From contig MU061538.1 in the NCBI GenBank assembly GCA_013265495.1, positions 310,001 through 374,000 on the forward strand: DNA of 64,000 bases, given 5' to 3'. Positions 49,501 through 62,639 of this stretch are shown one piece after another (the stretch's first letter is position 1; each line of letters begins with the position of its first letter). The notes beneath the pieces are model-generated. The model made no database searches. It was not told where the DNA came from and was given only the letters and a program-made list of their open reading frames with translations. This stretch comes from Vicugna vicugna. Its lineage: Eukaryota. Made by a program: the position numbers and the translations under genes.

Positions 49501-52500
49501 CCTGGTAAAATGACTGTAAAGCAGGCCCTGGGGGGCTCCAAGGGCTGTGAGGGTCCCGGGGGGCTGGAAGGGGAGACAGGGAACCGTGTGAAGGCAGCAG
49601 GAAGGGGGCAGGAGCCCACACGTGGGTGGGCAGGCCCGGCTAGCGGTCTGGGCGCTCACCCATCTCAATGTGGGGCGGGGCCTTAGTCACAAGAAGTGCT
49701 CAGTGGATTCGTGGCACTGGTGGAATCCCCGCTGCCTTCCTGACCTCCGGGGCTCGGCTGCTGGCCCAGGTGCCCGTGCCCGCGTCAGAGGCCCGGAAGC
49801 CGGGAGGCCTTAGGCGAGAGGCCGAGGGAGGGTCCTCGCGGCAGCGGCAGCGTCAGCTGTGGACACAGGTCTCTGGCCCAGCCTCCCGTCCAGCTGGCCT
49901 CCATCCCACCCTCTGTCCTGGCTTCCGACGCAGCTGCTCAGGACCGCGAGCCGGCGGCCGGGAGCTGTGTGCGTCACCAGACACAGGTGGCCCGTGCACC
50001 TTGGTGTGATCGAGACACCAGGACAGGTATGAGCAAACTGGGGAAGCGTGACGTGGAAAGACGCCATGCTTTTTCAGTGGAGGATAAGGAGGGTCCCTGG
50101 AAAGGCCCCCAAAGCCCAGCGCCAAGGGCCGTGCTCGTCTGCACGTGAAGGCCAGCTGTCAGACGTCAGGAGGAGCCCGGGCACACGAGGACGCACGTCT
50201 TCTCCGAGGTGTCACGTTAGAGAACCGGAGGACTTCTGGGTAAAGGGACCTTGGGATTCCTCCTGAGCTGGGCCTCGCGACACAGATGAGAAACTCTGGC
50301 CAGCGTGGCTGGCGGGTTTGGGGTGGGGCTGGCGGTCCGCTGACCTGCCCACAGCTCGGGGTGTGAGCGGCCTTGACTGACTTCTCCAGGCGAACGATCC
50401 TGCTGGGTCTGACGCGTCTCAGTGCGTGTCCCATTTGCCCAGGAGCTCGGGCAGCTTCCCTGTGGAGGGGCCGCAAAGCTTGGCTGGCCTGTGGGCATCA
50501 GTGATGGGCAGGGGTTGCCGCAGGCATGGGGAGTCCACGTGATTTGACGGACGCTGCACAGGAGGACCAAGGCGGGAAGACGGGCAGCGTGGTGAGCGGG
50601 ACGGGGCATTCGTCGCTGTGAGACTGTGTGCCTCGGAATCAGCGCAGGGAAGCAGACCCTGAAAGGGCAATTCTGGAGGAAGAAACAGAATGATTTTCCC
50701 GCCCTGGCTGTTGTGTATTCTGCGTTGACTGTTACCTGGAAGAATTCGCTTTGTTTACCTGAGCTGATTGATGATGTTTCGAAAGCCAAGTGCAGGAAGG
50801 AGGCCTGCCTGCAGGCTCTCCCCGTCTGCACCCCGGGAGGAGGCTCAGCTCCGGGCGGCGGTGCAGTGAGGGAGGTGTGGCTCAGAGGAGCCCTGCTTTA
50901 ACGGACTTTGTGCTGTTTGATGATGAGACAAGGAATCTGAAGATGAGCCACAGCCCTCGTTCCGTGCAGAGGAAGCGAAGGGCGTGCGGGTTCCATCCTG
51001 GACTGATTCAGTGACCAGCTCAGAACACACGTCGGGGAGAAAGATGTGGCTCTTGCTACTGAGAAAAATGAATCTATTAATAGTCAAAACACCGTCCTTT
51101 GGGGAACGTTCACTCTTTGGAGGACTCAGCTCGAGAAGCTCCTGTGGTAACGGGGGGGCTGCCCCCTCTTCACACTTACGATGACGAAATCTGCTTCTGT
51201 TCAGAGACGTTAAAGGCTGTGAAGGAATGTCTCCTCTCCTCCTCGGCCCCAGAAGGGTACTTTCGTGCGGGATTTTAGTGCCCCCTCCACTGCTCCAACC
51301 CCCAGGAGAGCAGACGGGAGGCCGAGGTGCCGTCAGGGAACGGGCTTCTTTCCTGCTGGGATCCGGGGCTGCCTGGGGTTGGAACACAGCCTGGGCGCCA
51401 CGGCTGTGCGGGGCTGTCAGCACCAGAACCAGGTGCTAATGCGGTGCGGTCCTGTGAGGGCAGGGCCAGGGTGAGACTGCAGTCTGGACAGGGGTGGGGC
51501 CCAGAGCTCGGAGATCGGGCTGGTCGAGCAGCAGTGGGAATGCGGATCCGGGGACCGCCTGCTTCCTCCTTGGCCACACGCGAGCACAACCAGGGCGTCG
51601 AAGGAGGGGCAGACGCCGCACCGGGTCCCGAGCTCTTGTCTCCGAGGTCGAGGTGTCCTGAGGAGCTGCTTTTAGTTGAGGCCGGTTCCTGCTGCGCCCT
51701 TCAGCTGCTGCCTCCTGGGGGCCGGCCGCGTGCCAGACCCTGTGCGAATGGTGGGGATGCCGCAGTGACAGGACAGGGACTCGGCCCCAGTGAAGGTGCG
51801 GCCCAGCAGGGAGGACGGAGAACGAGGAAATGAATGTGCATCGAACGTACTGTGGCGTGGCGGGGCGGGGCGGCGGGATGTACGTGTAGTGTGACGTGGT
51901 GAACGGCTTGTCGTGTCTGCGACGAGGAGCAGGGCGGGCACCACGCAGCGCAGCATGTGAAGCACGTGAGGGGCTGTGGCGGCGTGTGCTGTTACACGGT
52001 GCAGTCACGTGGTTGCACAGTCACATGCCTCTAAGGTGCCTGTGCCGCCGACTCCACTCCTGCTGCGGGTCGTCCAGACCAGCCCAGGGCTTTGACACTT
52101 GAATCTTCCTGATGCTACGCTGCAGAGGCCCCATGATACCTGCCTAGTGACCAGCACGTCTGAAGTTCCCGCCCTTTCCTCTGGGCAGCTGGGCGGCACG
52201 TAGCCCCTGCACACGTGAGGAGCCTGGGTGGTCCCTGGCTGGCCAGGGCACGTCCTGTAGGTGCCGGGGTCAGGAGAGGAGCCTCTGGCCAATGGGCAGG
52301 GGAGGAGCAGACACTGAGAGCTGCCTGGGGTGGGTGTGGGCCGGGCCCTGGCTTTGGGGACCAGCCTGAGTCTTCTGGCACTTGGGCAGGAAGCCCTTGG
52401 AAGCTGTGGTAGGAGGTTCGTCCCAGGTGGGTGTCCTGTCAGCGGGCTGCTGAGGCCAGCACCGCCTTCCTGGGCTTGCTCCCCACCCCCTCGTCTGTTT

Positions 52501-54359
52501 TCCTCCTGCACAGGGACACCGCAGCTCTGATGGCCGGTCCTCAGAAACCAGCCTCCAATTTACACGGCACGTGGGTACCCAAGTCCATCTGGCCCTGAGA
52601 CCCAGCTCCCCGAAAACGCAGGGTGTGTGTCAGGGGCATCGAGGTGACACCGCCGGTGGTTGTGTTAGGGACAGACTCATTGGGGTGATGACGGGCCCAT
52701 GAAAGGCAAATCGGTTCAACAGGCGACGTGTGACCCCGCCCGCCACCCTCGCACCGTCCCTGCACTCAGAGGCGCCGGAGCCACATGGCTGTTACCAGCG
52801 TCCCGGACGCACTGGCCACAGGATCGCCCGTGACCTGTGAGCCGAGTCAGGAGGGGTGCCAGCCCCAGCCCAGCCTGGGCGCCTGCTTGACTGTTTCACC
52901 ACAGCCAAGGTTGGCGACCCAGACCCGGACCCGTGAGAGGCCCTGTTCTGCTCCGTCTTCTGGTGACGATCTCTGCTCTCATCAGGCCCCGGCTCCTTGT
53001 CTGCCAGCCAGGCTAGAATTGTGCTCCTGGGGTTGCGAAAGGTCAGAGCAGGGGGGAAGGGTTCTGATGGGCTGGCAGGGTGTTGTCATTGCCCCCCTCA
53101 GATTTCCACTGGCCTCGTTTGTCTGGAGCGTGTGGGTTCTCCACGTGGCCGGGCACTGCGGGGCGTCTGCTGGGGTTGGGATCATGAGAACCCATGTGGG
53201 TGTGCAGATCGGGGGTCGTGGGCACAAGACTCTGTTGTCACTGGCCGTGGATCCAGATCCTCCTGGAGCGGGAGGGGCCCACAGCCGCCATCTCTCCAGG
53301 CGTCCTTCTGCACGGAGACCAAGCCGATGGCTGCAGAGGTGCCGGCGGCCCTGGTTGTTGACAGTCACCTGGGCAGCATCACTCACAGAGGCAGCACCTG
53401 CTCGGAGGGCAGCTTGGGGCAGACTGAGGCGTCGGTGCCCGGGTGCTGACCAGACAGCTGTGCGATTATTCCTTTTACATTTAAGACAGTTTGCTCTCTT
53501 TCAACACTTTGTGTTGTTACAATTGCAAAGCATGAAAAAGCAAATTCGAAGGGGGAAAATCTTCAGCAAAGCGATGATGTGGTTCCCTCCCGAGGTATAA
53601 AATGGCACAGATGGCGTCCTGCCACGGTCACAGCCAAACCCGCACCCCCAGGCTAACCCTCGTGGAGGTAACCTGAGCTGCCCCCTGTTCAGGGTGAGCA
53701 GGTGAGACCCCCGCTGAGCGAGGAGGAGGCAGGCTGGGCCTCGCCGTGTGCATGTCACCCATGCACAATGCTGTGCTTAATTTTATGACTTTAGAAAAGT
53801 GGGAACAGCGACACCGTTAGCAAGCTTTCCGGCAGAGGGCAGGGTTCCTGGGTGAAGAACGGGAGCAGAGACGTGTGCCGAGCCCATTAGGACTTCAGGG
53901 ACCTCGCAGAGGGAGGGTGAACCCCAGGGCGGCGGACACAGTGCCCACGGCATTGCCCGTGTCTCTTCCTCCTGAACGTTGAGGAGTGAGAGGAACAGCC
54001 GGGCAGAGCTGAGGAGCCACCTGCTCACCCAGGCGCTGCCCCGGCCACGCCTGCTGGGACCCACCCCACCCAGACACGGCCCCCCTCCTGTCCTGCTCAC
54101 CGTCCTGCCTCTTCCCTGCTGCTGGACCCGCACCAGTCCCCCAGGGCCTCTGGTCCCCGCAGCCCGCGGCGTTGGCTTGCCACTGTGCACCCCCCTGCGC
54201 TGCTCCCTGTCTTCCTGCCAGGTCAGCCAGGCCAGCTGCAGGGCAGCCCGCTGTGCTGGCTCTGCTCCCGCATCCATGGTGCAGACCGGCTCCTGACTGC
54301 CGCCAACCGTATGGCCACCAAGCCAACGCTGCTAACTCTCCAGCCACGGTGCCAGGACA

Positions 54360-54525
54360 GCAGGCGTCAAAGTGTGGCCCTGGGGCTTCCGCATCAGCTG
54401 GGAACTTGTGAAAAGGCAAATTCCTGGGCCTGGGTGTCCTGAGGTCCATCCCCTGGGGACCCTGTGGTCTGTGCTGGAACCGGCCCCACAGGTGACGCCA
54501 CCGGAACCAGCACTTGAGAACCACC
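54360..54525. mobile_element. MER5A-like hAT-Charlie MITE
   Basis: tcaaagtgtggccc...gcatcagctgggaacttgtgaaaaggcaaattcctgggcc...caggtga...ttgagaaccac. Confidence 0.7.
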
Positions 54526-57500
54526 CACTGCCGTGGACAAGCGTCCCCAGGAGATGGGCCCGGTGCTCACGTGACCAGACCCCCACCCATCGGGCCTGCA
54601 CCACGACAGGGGTGTGGCCAGTGTACGGAAGCCCCGCGTGGGGGCATTGGTCCCTCCTGGGTCAAGGATCAACCGTCACTTTGGATCATGTTACTTATCT
54701 TCCTCAGGTTGTCAGCGTCCCCTTCTGCTTGTCCATGGAAAGGGCCCCACTGTTGTCATCCACCCCCAGGAGTTTGAGGGACATTTCTGACCTTGGTGCT
54801 TCAGTCTCAAGGTCTGACCCTCTGAGCTCACCTGAGTGGGGTCAGGGGTCAGCGGCTGGAGGTCCTGAGGAGTCTTGGGCACCAGGAGGGACGGAGCCCA
54901 TCTCAGTTCACCCAGAGCCCTGTGAGCACCGGCAGCTGCTGTTAGCATGGCCGCCGCTGAGGTTCAGGTCCATCGGAGGCCCCCACGTCTGGGCCCCCTT
55001 TTGCCATCACTGATAGTCCACGTTGTGGCACCAGGGGCCACTGCTTGAGTGTGTCTCTTTTAAAGGACTCGAGCTTTAGGCCTCCCCTCTGCCTGGTTTC
55101 CACACCTGCCGGCTCCGTGCCCTGCACGGCGGTCAGTGGGCTGTGCGGCCCCCTTCTGGCCCTCCCGCCTCCCCAGGCGGCCTTGGCCTGGCCACATCTT
55201 TGCACGAGGTCCTGCGCTGTCCTGCCCGCCTCTGCCTGGGACGGCCACCCTCCTCCCCTTGGCTTCGTCAGCACCTTCCAACCACACAAGAGCTGTCACC
55301 TTCCTTCAGACTCGAGCCGACCTCCTTACAGACTTCCCACAATTCACACTGCGAGGTGGTGAGATGTGTGCCACCCACAGACGGCGGCTCAAGGATGGGC
55401 AGGACTGGCCTTGTTTTCAGCCCCCCAGGGGGCCGCAGTGTCAGTTGAGGGGCACGGAGTCCAACCCCGCTGCCCGTGGTCACTAGACGCTGGAGAGCTG
55501 GGCTGCCCGACGGCCTTGCCCGCTGACCACGGGAAGGCGCTCTGAGGTGCTGGGTGGACACTACATCGCAGAGCGTAGTTTAATGTCTGGAAGATTCTGG
55601 ACTCACAGAGGGTAGGATGTGAGCCCTGCACCTGTCACTGCGAGAGTGTCCGCTTCCCTTCCCATCCCCTGTGCCCCCTGCCAGCGCCCTGGCCCGCCAA
55701 ACCCCTGCCATGAGATGCCAGCCCCTGCTGCTCCTGTGTGGAAGGGACGTTCTCCCGTCCCCTCGCTGGACCGTGGTGGTTTCTTCTTGTCCTCAGGATA
55801 GGAGCACAGCCCCAGTTACAGGACAGAGAGGCCTGCAGAGCCAGGGCACCCCCACCTCCAGGGGACCCAGATCTGAACGTCCACTTCCAGCCGAGGGTCC
55901 TGGAAATGAGGCCTCTCTCCGTAGGACCACCCCCCGCCCCGGGGTTTCTTCACGTCTCCCCTAATCATTTAAACGCTGGTTAAATGAAGAGAAACTTACG
56001 TGCGCCTCTGTTAGGTGTGAATGTTCTTCGTTTACCACGTACAGCAGATGTGGTCCCTTTGACGAACTTTCCACTTGATCACGACACTCCTCGCTCTGTG
56101 GAGCCCCACGTGGGGTGTGAGATTCGGCAGCTGGTCCTGGACTGTTTTTCTTTCTCTTTTGCAAAGTCTGTTTTCCTCTTTTCCACACGAGTTAAATAGC
56201 GACCTTCCCCAGGAGCTGCAGCGGGGGTGTCACGGTCCTGGGGGGGACGCAGAGGCTCCCCGCTCTTCATGCCCGTGGCTGCAGTGGCCGTGCTGGTCCT
56301 CTGTCCGCTCCTGGTGGCCGTCCGCCCGGGTCTTGAGCTCTGCCACCATCCAAGCTGATCTGACGCCCACTCGCGGCATCTGAGACAGCCTCACACGCAG
56401 CTGCAGGCGACCTCCCGGGCCAGTACAGGGAAGCCACCTCCGCTGACGTGGCTCATGGTTGAAAGGCTACCCCCCAGGACAAAGCAGGGGGTGGAGGAGC
56501 AGAACTGTCATGTCGCCGTGTGGCCGTGGCCGGCCCCATGGAGGACCTGGTGCGGCAGGCCCCCCCACCACGAGGTGTAACGCGTGGGAGGCGGGGGCAG
56601 AGCCCCAGGCTGAGAGCAGGGCCGCACCCTCTGTCCCACGTGGCAGCCGCCTGGGGAAGCCTGGCCCTGGGACTGGGGCCCCCGGGCCCCCACGTGTGGC
56701 AGAGACGTGAGGACGCCCGCTTCCTGGTGCGTGAGACCAAGTGCTTCCCCGGGGCCCGAAGTTTCCGGTGGTGAGCGTCTGAGCCGAACATAACACCGTC
56801 TCACTGCATGGGAATTCCCATAAATCACCCACAAGTCCACAGTCGCCGCTCTGGGAGGATGCAGGGAAGGTGCTCAGTCCTCCCGCCAGTCTCACAGCTC
56901 AGTGTCCACGCACCGCTTCTGCCCCCTCCTGAAGAGAAGCGAGAAGCCGGGGAACAGGTGCACAGGGCATGAGGGCGGTCCCTGCGGACGAGAAGGCGCT
57001 GCAGGAGATGAACAGCACGTGCTTAGCAGGAGAACCTCCTCGCAGACGCCATTCCCGCATTAATTCAGCCCCCATGTCTGAGATCATGGCATCTCTTCGC
57101 AACAGCCTCTCGACTTCACTCCCCCAGGACCTTCTCTGGGTCAGAGGCCGAGTCCACCACCTGATGAGCTGGTCCAGCGCGACGGCCTCGGTGCAGGGGG
57201 CCTCTCGACAACAGCGTGTCGTCAGAGACGCTGAGGATGGCGTCTTCCCTCCTCGCTCGTGCCGAGGTGCCGCGGCTCTCGGCCCCTCCTCCCGTCTCCC
57301 GCAGCCCCGCAGGCGTGCGCTGCAGCTCTTGAGTTTGGAGCTGGCCGTCCTGCAGAGCTGTTTTCGGACGCCCGGGAGCCTTCTCTGCTGAAGTTCGGGG
57401 GTGTGTTTTGACGTGCACATTACATGAGGCGTGTTTAGTCAGTCACAATGATATGCTAATTGGATTCATCTGTGAACCGAAGAAAACACACACCTGAAGG

Positions 57501-57647
57501 AAAAGGAAGAGAACTTACCGCCAGCTGAGACACCTTGTGATCAGTGCGGTGTGTCATCCAAATGCGAGAGGGTCGATGCTCGGACATGCGGGCCAGGTGG
57601 CTGCTTTCCAGCCTCACTGAGAGGCGGCCGGACCTGTGACCAGCCGC

Positions 57648-57668
57648 ACCGCTCTCCAGGGTGCTGAT
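57648..57668 (-). promoter_or_regulatory. Candidate RE1/NRSE (REST-binding) site
   Basis: Minus strand reads ATCAGCACCCTGGAGAGCGGT, a full match to the RE1 core with a partly matching CG tail. Confidence 0.62.
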
Positions 57669-57713
57669 TTGCAGGAGCACGAGGCCCCTGACAGGGCGAC
57701 TGCGAAACCCTTC

Positions 57714-57860
57714 CGTGTGTGAGTGTGTGCGGGTGTGTGCAAACACAAGTATGAGCACGCGCAACAGTGGAGAGTGTGAGCGTGAGGCCATGCGTGTGTG
57801 AGCGTACGTGTGTGGACGTGCCGACACAGGCGTGTGCCTGTGTATGAGCATGAGTGTGCG
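57714..57860 (+). repeat. (TG)-rich low-complexity tract
   Basis: gtgtgtgagtgtgtgcgggtgtgtgc...tgtgtatgagcatgagtgtgcg. Confidence 0.75.
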
Positions 57861-60800
57861 ACCACGTAGTCGTGGAGAGGAGGGTGCGTTTCCCAGCCTG
57901 TCCCCAGAGCCGTGTTGCAGCCCAGCGCCTGAGTTCTGACTGGAGCTCAGATCTGGGCTGTGTCCTCTTCCGTGAATGGTGCGGTCGGAGGACAGGGTCC
58001 TCTCGGAGACTGCGCAGGGGCTGCGGTGCACACGGCCCCCGCCCACACAAGCACACCCTCCGTGGGCCTCACCAGCTGCTGCAGCCTCTCTGCTTTGCTC
58101 TGCTGCCACCTCTGCTTCCCATCCTTTAGTCGGAAACCAGCAGAGGGAGGGAGGCCAAGGCTGTGGGGCCCAGGTGGCTGGGCGCCCCCGCTGTGGGGTC
58201 CACATCTCCTAGTCCTCCTCCCTGCCCACTCATGTCTGCTCGGAGGTGCCTGTGCACAGTCATGGGTGGGGTGCTTCCCGGGCTTTTCCCCGAGGGAGCG
58301 GGCTTCCTTTGGGAAATGCAACAGCAAAGGGAACCTTACCCAGTGGAGCAGGGGCGGGCGTGGACGGTCATTGCGGCTGGACGGAGATGGGTTTGGCAGG
58401 GCTTCTGCTGTTTCAAGTGTCTTTTTGCCTGAATGGACATGCCTGGAGAGGTGGATAGACTTTTCCTTTTTGGTGTCGGGTACTTGAGGAGCCGGGAACA
58501 GGCGAGGCAGACGTGAGGGGATGGGTTGGGGGGTGGTGTCCTGCCTCTGAACCCTGCGTGGGAAGGAGGTGGTCAGCCGGCCCTATCCAGGAGCACAGCC
58601 TGGCTGCAGGGGCCGGGCCGGGGTGGGGGCTGCCTGCATGGCATGGGGAGGTAGCGGGGACTGGGGGGTGCGTCTGGGGAAGCAGCCCGTGGCCCGTGGG
58701 TCTGGGAGGCCTGGTGAGAAAGACTGGGAGGTTGTTCTGAGCCCGGGCAGGACCCCTGAGCAGCGGGTTCCCAAGGTGGTGGGCTCCAGGCACCGCACGG
58801 GTGAGTCAGTAAAGTCAGGTGGAAGCTGATGTTGGCTTGTTCTTGCGGGTTGAGCCTGAGGACTGAGCAAAGGAGATGTGAGAGGAAAGGGAACGGCCCA
58901 GCACTTACGACGAGGAATGCCGGGGGGTTTCACGCCGGGAGCCGTGGTTCTCTTTGATTCAAAGAGAAGGTAGAAATACAAGCATAGTTGCTTTGAAACA
59001 TGAACAAACCCTGAGAACCCGCCGGAGCGAGTGGTTCTACTCTTTTCGAAGTAAGTCTGCTGGCAGCGTTGTAGCTGTAACTGTTCTCAGGCGACTTATG
59101 CCGCGGTTTGCTTGGACGCGTCTTTCCGGGAAACGTGCGTCTGGGTGGGTCGGGCGCCCACTGCCTCGTGTGTTACGCTTTGTTCTGATGAGATGGGGTC
59201 ATTCTCAGTCAGTTACCGTCCTGTCTTCTTTAACTCCTGGGGCCCCGATGGCAACCGCCACGCAGTTACCGAGCACCAGGTGTCCACCGGGCAGCTCGGG
59301 CGGGGCCCGGGCCGGTGTGGTGGGACCCGCGATGCTGGCCAAGCCCCGGGACGCAGGGATGGGCTGCGGGTCTGGGTGCTGCGGCCTGGCCTCCGGCCCT
59401 CGGTGCTTCCGCACCGACCGAGGGTCCTGATGAGCAGGGGAGAGGCCGGGTAGTCAGAGCGGCGTCCAGTCCGGAGCCTGAGCCACAGGGAGCTGAGCTG
59501 GGGTGGCCGGAAGGAGCAAGGACGGGAAGGCCAGGTGAAGGACAGAGGAGCCGGACAGCAGGCGGGGCCGCCCCCAGGGGGAGCCGAGGGCCTGGACCAC
59601 AGGCGGTGTGGGACGGGAGGACGGGTAAGATGGGGGCCTGGATCCCTGGCAGGGGGCTGGCAGGCGCCTGCCTCGCCCGTGTTTGTCCCTCTGGGGCCCT
59701 GAGCCCGCAGCCTCCCTGTCCCCCTGCGGGGCCGCGGCAGGAGCCCCCAGGCCGCCCTCTTGTCCCGAGGAGAGTCTGGCCTGTCTGCTGCACGCTGCCC
59801 CCATCCCTCCGGCTCCGCTTCAGACCCACCCTCTGCCCCCAGCCCAGCTCCGCCCTCCTGGGTTATGGTGGCATCTCCGAGGTGACTCAAGCCTGAGCCC
59901 CCGCGCAGCCCCCCACCGTCTCCCCTGACGCCGGGTCGTCCTGACCCCAACGACTGTTCTCGCTTCGGGGTCTCCCTGTTGAGGAGGAACAGGAAAGGCA
60001 CCCGTGCTGGATTTCTGCTTGGCTGTTTTATTTTCCAGTTTCTGCAGAGGGGAGCTGTCTCGGGGGCGGTGTCTGGGGGGCACGCGGCTCAGAGGCTGGA
60101 GAGCCAGCCTATAAGGGTGCTCCCGCCCCCTTCCCGGTGGTCTGCCCTTCGTCTCCTGGAGCGCCCCCTGCCTGCCCCAGCCTGATGATCTCTCTCCTGC
60201 CTTCTGTGCCACTCAGTCATGTTTTTATTTAACCGAAGTCTGCTTTGGACATTTCGTGGGCTGTTGGTTTATAAAGTCACGTATCTCAGATAAAGTGCTT
60301 TAACGGTTTCCGATCTCAAGCACCCTACAGGGTTGCTTCGGGGGTTAATTAAATTTATGAAAATTGAGTGTGCCGTGGTGTAGGATAAAAACGTGAGCTA
60401 CAGTTGGTGACGGGCGTGTCTCCGGCTGTGGGGCCCCGACTCCCCCGCTCCCTGCACGCTGCCCTGCGTCGGGTGGAGCCGTCGGTCTGCACATGTAGGT
60501 GCTCACGAGTGTCTGAATGAAAACTGAATCTCACACGTCCCGTGTGACAGTGAACATGGAACAGCCGTGCCGGCGCTTGTCAGTGTCCTCTCTGAGTCGT
60601 CCAAGGGTCCTGGAAGGTGGGCTCACTCTGCTGCCCTGGGATGAGGACAGAGGTTGTGAGCAGGTGTGTGCGTGTCCAGCTCTGCCCCAGGCACCCCAGC
60701 TCGTGCCCTGCCACCAGTCTCCGCTGCAGGCAGCCTTGTTACCCCAGCGGGGTCTGCTGCCCAGTGCACGCCTCCCTCGTGGAGTTTGTGCGAGGGAGAT

Positions 60801-61708
60801 GGTTTTGCTGGTGAGCATTTTTGTTGAAAAGCTTAGCAGCAGCCAGAGTGGAAGCCCTGTTGACCCCCCTGCTGGGCACGCGGCAGCAGGGGCGTGCTTG
60901 CACCCAGGACCCCAGCTCCGCGGGGAAGAACATCGTCAGCGAAGGACGCATCTTTGCTGCACAGGAGGTACCACGGCGTGTTGTCCAGCAGACGGAGCAG
61001 AGCCTCCACTGCAGCCCGGGGTCTGGCTCTCCCGGGAGCTTCCTTTTAACCCCCCCGCCCAAGTTCCTCCGTCTGCCTGAGACGCACACTGCACCGTTCC
61101 ACAACCTCCACAAATACATTTTATTTTGATTTTTGCTTGCTTTTTGTTTCATTTTGCTTTTTGCCTTTTAGCATGCTTTGTAATTTGATTTATTTGTTGG
61201 AAGCCAGACAAGATGTTCGGGGCGAAGGGAACGGAGGCCTTCGGTGTGGGGTTTCACGTTTATCGGTGTGGGTCAGGCCACGTTTACTGTTTCACGCAGA
61301 GGTAGGTATCAGAGGCTAATATTTCTTTCTAGTGTCTTTGTTTTGTCTCCTCTGCTTTCTTTGAGTTTCCCTAGAGACTTTTTCTTGAATAAAGTCTGAA
61401 ATGTGCTTTTCTTTCACCTGTAATTCCCTGTTATTGCACAGAAGCCCTAAGACGTGGTGAAGGCTGGAGGGAGGGGATGCGTCCCCTGGCCATGGGCAGG
61501 TCTCCGTGTTTCAGCAAGTCTGGGCTGCGACCTTCACGTGAGCTCCTCAGCGCTCTTCTCCCTTCAGTGGGGCGTGAGGGCTAGAGGGTCTGGCATTGGG
61601 AGTATATGTGAAACGTGTGTCTTATAAGTAGTCCGTGTGGAGTATTTACAATGTGCTGTGTACACGTTACAAACACCATATGCATTTCATGTATTATGTA
61701 AATATGCA

Positions 61709-61906
61709 CAGTTGACCCCGAAACAACGTGGGGTCAGGGACAGGCGAAAATTCTCATGTAACTTCATGTTGGTCCCTCGTATCAGTCATTCCACATCTGT
61801 GACTAAACCAACTGCAGAGTGTGTGGTCCTGTGGTATTTACCACTGTAGGAAGCCCTGTGTGAGTGACCCGTGCAGTTCAAACCCACGTTGTTCAACGGT
61901 CAGATG
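61709..61906. mobile_element. Tigger2-family MITE (MER8/Tigger2a-like)
   Basis: Visible terminal inverted repeats: cagttgaccccgaaacaacgtggg and cccacgttgttcaacggtcagatg. Confidence 0.8.
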
Positions 61907-62164
61907 TGTTAGGTAACAATACATAAATATAATTATTCACACAAAAATACTGTATGTTACGTATACACCGTCTATTACAAATAGAACAACACCATATAGT
62001 CTACAGCATCATACTTGAATACTGGTTCTTTGTTGGCAGAGTATTTATTTTACAGAGATAAAGATGTGGCTTATCTTTTCACTTTATGTGGTTTCTGTAC
62101 TGCATAGAGCTTAGAATTAGTCTCATCAAGTTTAGCAGTATTTCTCTTTACAATATTTTACCTT

Positions 62165-62620
62165 GTATATATGCACGGAATGTTACTCAGCCACGAAAAG
62201 GAGGAAGTTGTGCCATTTGCATTAACTTGGGTGGACCTTTTGAGGGCCTTACGCTGAGTGAAGTAAGTCAGGCAGAGAAAGACAAATACTGCACCAGCTC
62301 TCTTCCACGTGGAGTCTGAAAGTCCCAACCGAGAGAAACAGAGAGTAGCCTGGCTTACCAGGGCTGGGGTGGGGGGAGTAGGGAGATGTCAGAGGGCACA
62401 GGCGTTCAGCTGGAAGATGGGTAAATACTGGAGGCGTGAATCATATGCTTGAGAGTTGCTGAGAGTAGATCCTAAACGTTCCCACCGCGCACCCAGAAAG
62501 GGACGTGTTGGGCGGTGGAGGTTCTGGCTGGTCCTGCTGTGGGCACACGTGTCAGATCAGTGCATATGCACCTCGGAGTTACACAGTGCTCCCGTCGCTT
62601 CTGTCTCAGCGAAGCTGGAC
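62165..62620 (+). mobile_element. LINE-1 (L1MA-like) 3' end
   Basis: ggaatgttactcagccacgaaa...tgccatttgca...tgagtgaagtaagtcaggcagagaaagacaaatactg...gagagtagatcctaaacgttc. Confidence 0.82.
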
Positions 62621-62639
62621 GAATGGTGAGCACGAGTTC

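Noticed and set aside
56969..57391. 140-aa ATG-initiated ORF in intron 11
   Set aside because: No recognisable homology or domain, and ORFs this long are common at this GC content. It would need PhyloCSF or Ribo-seq support.
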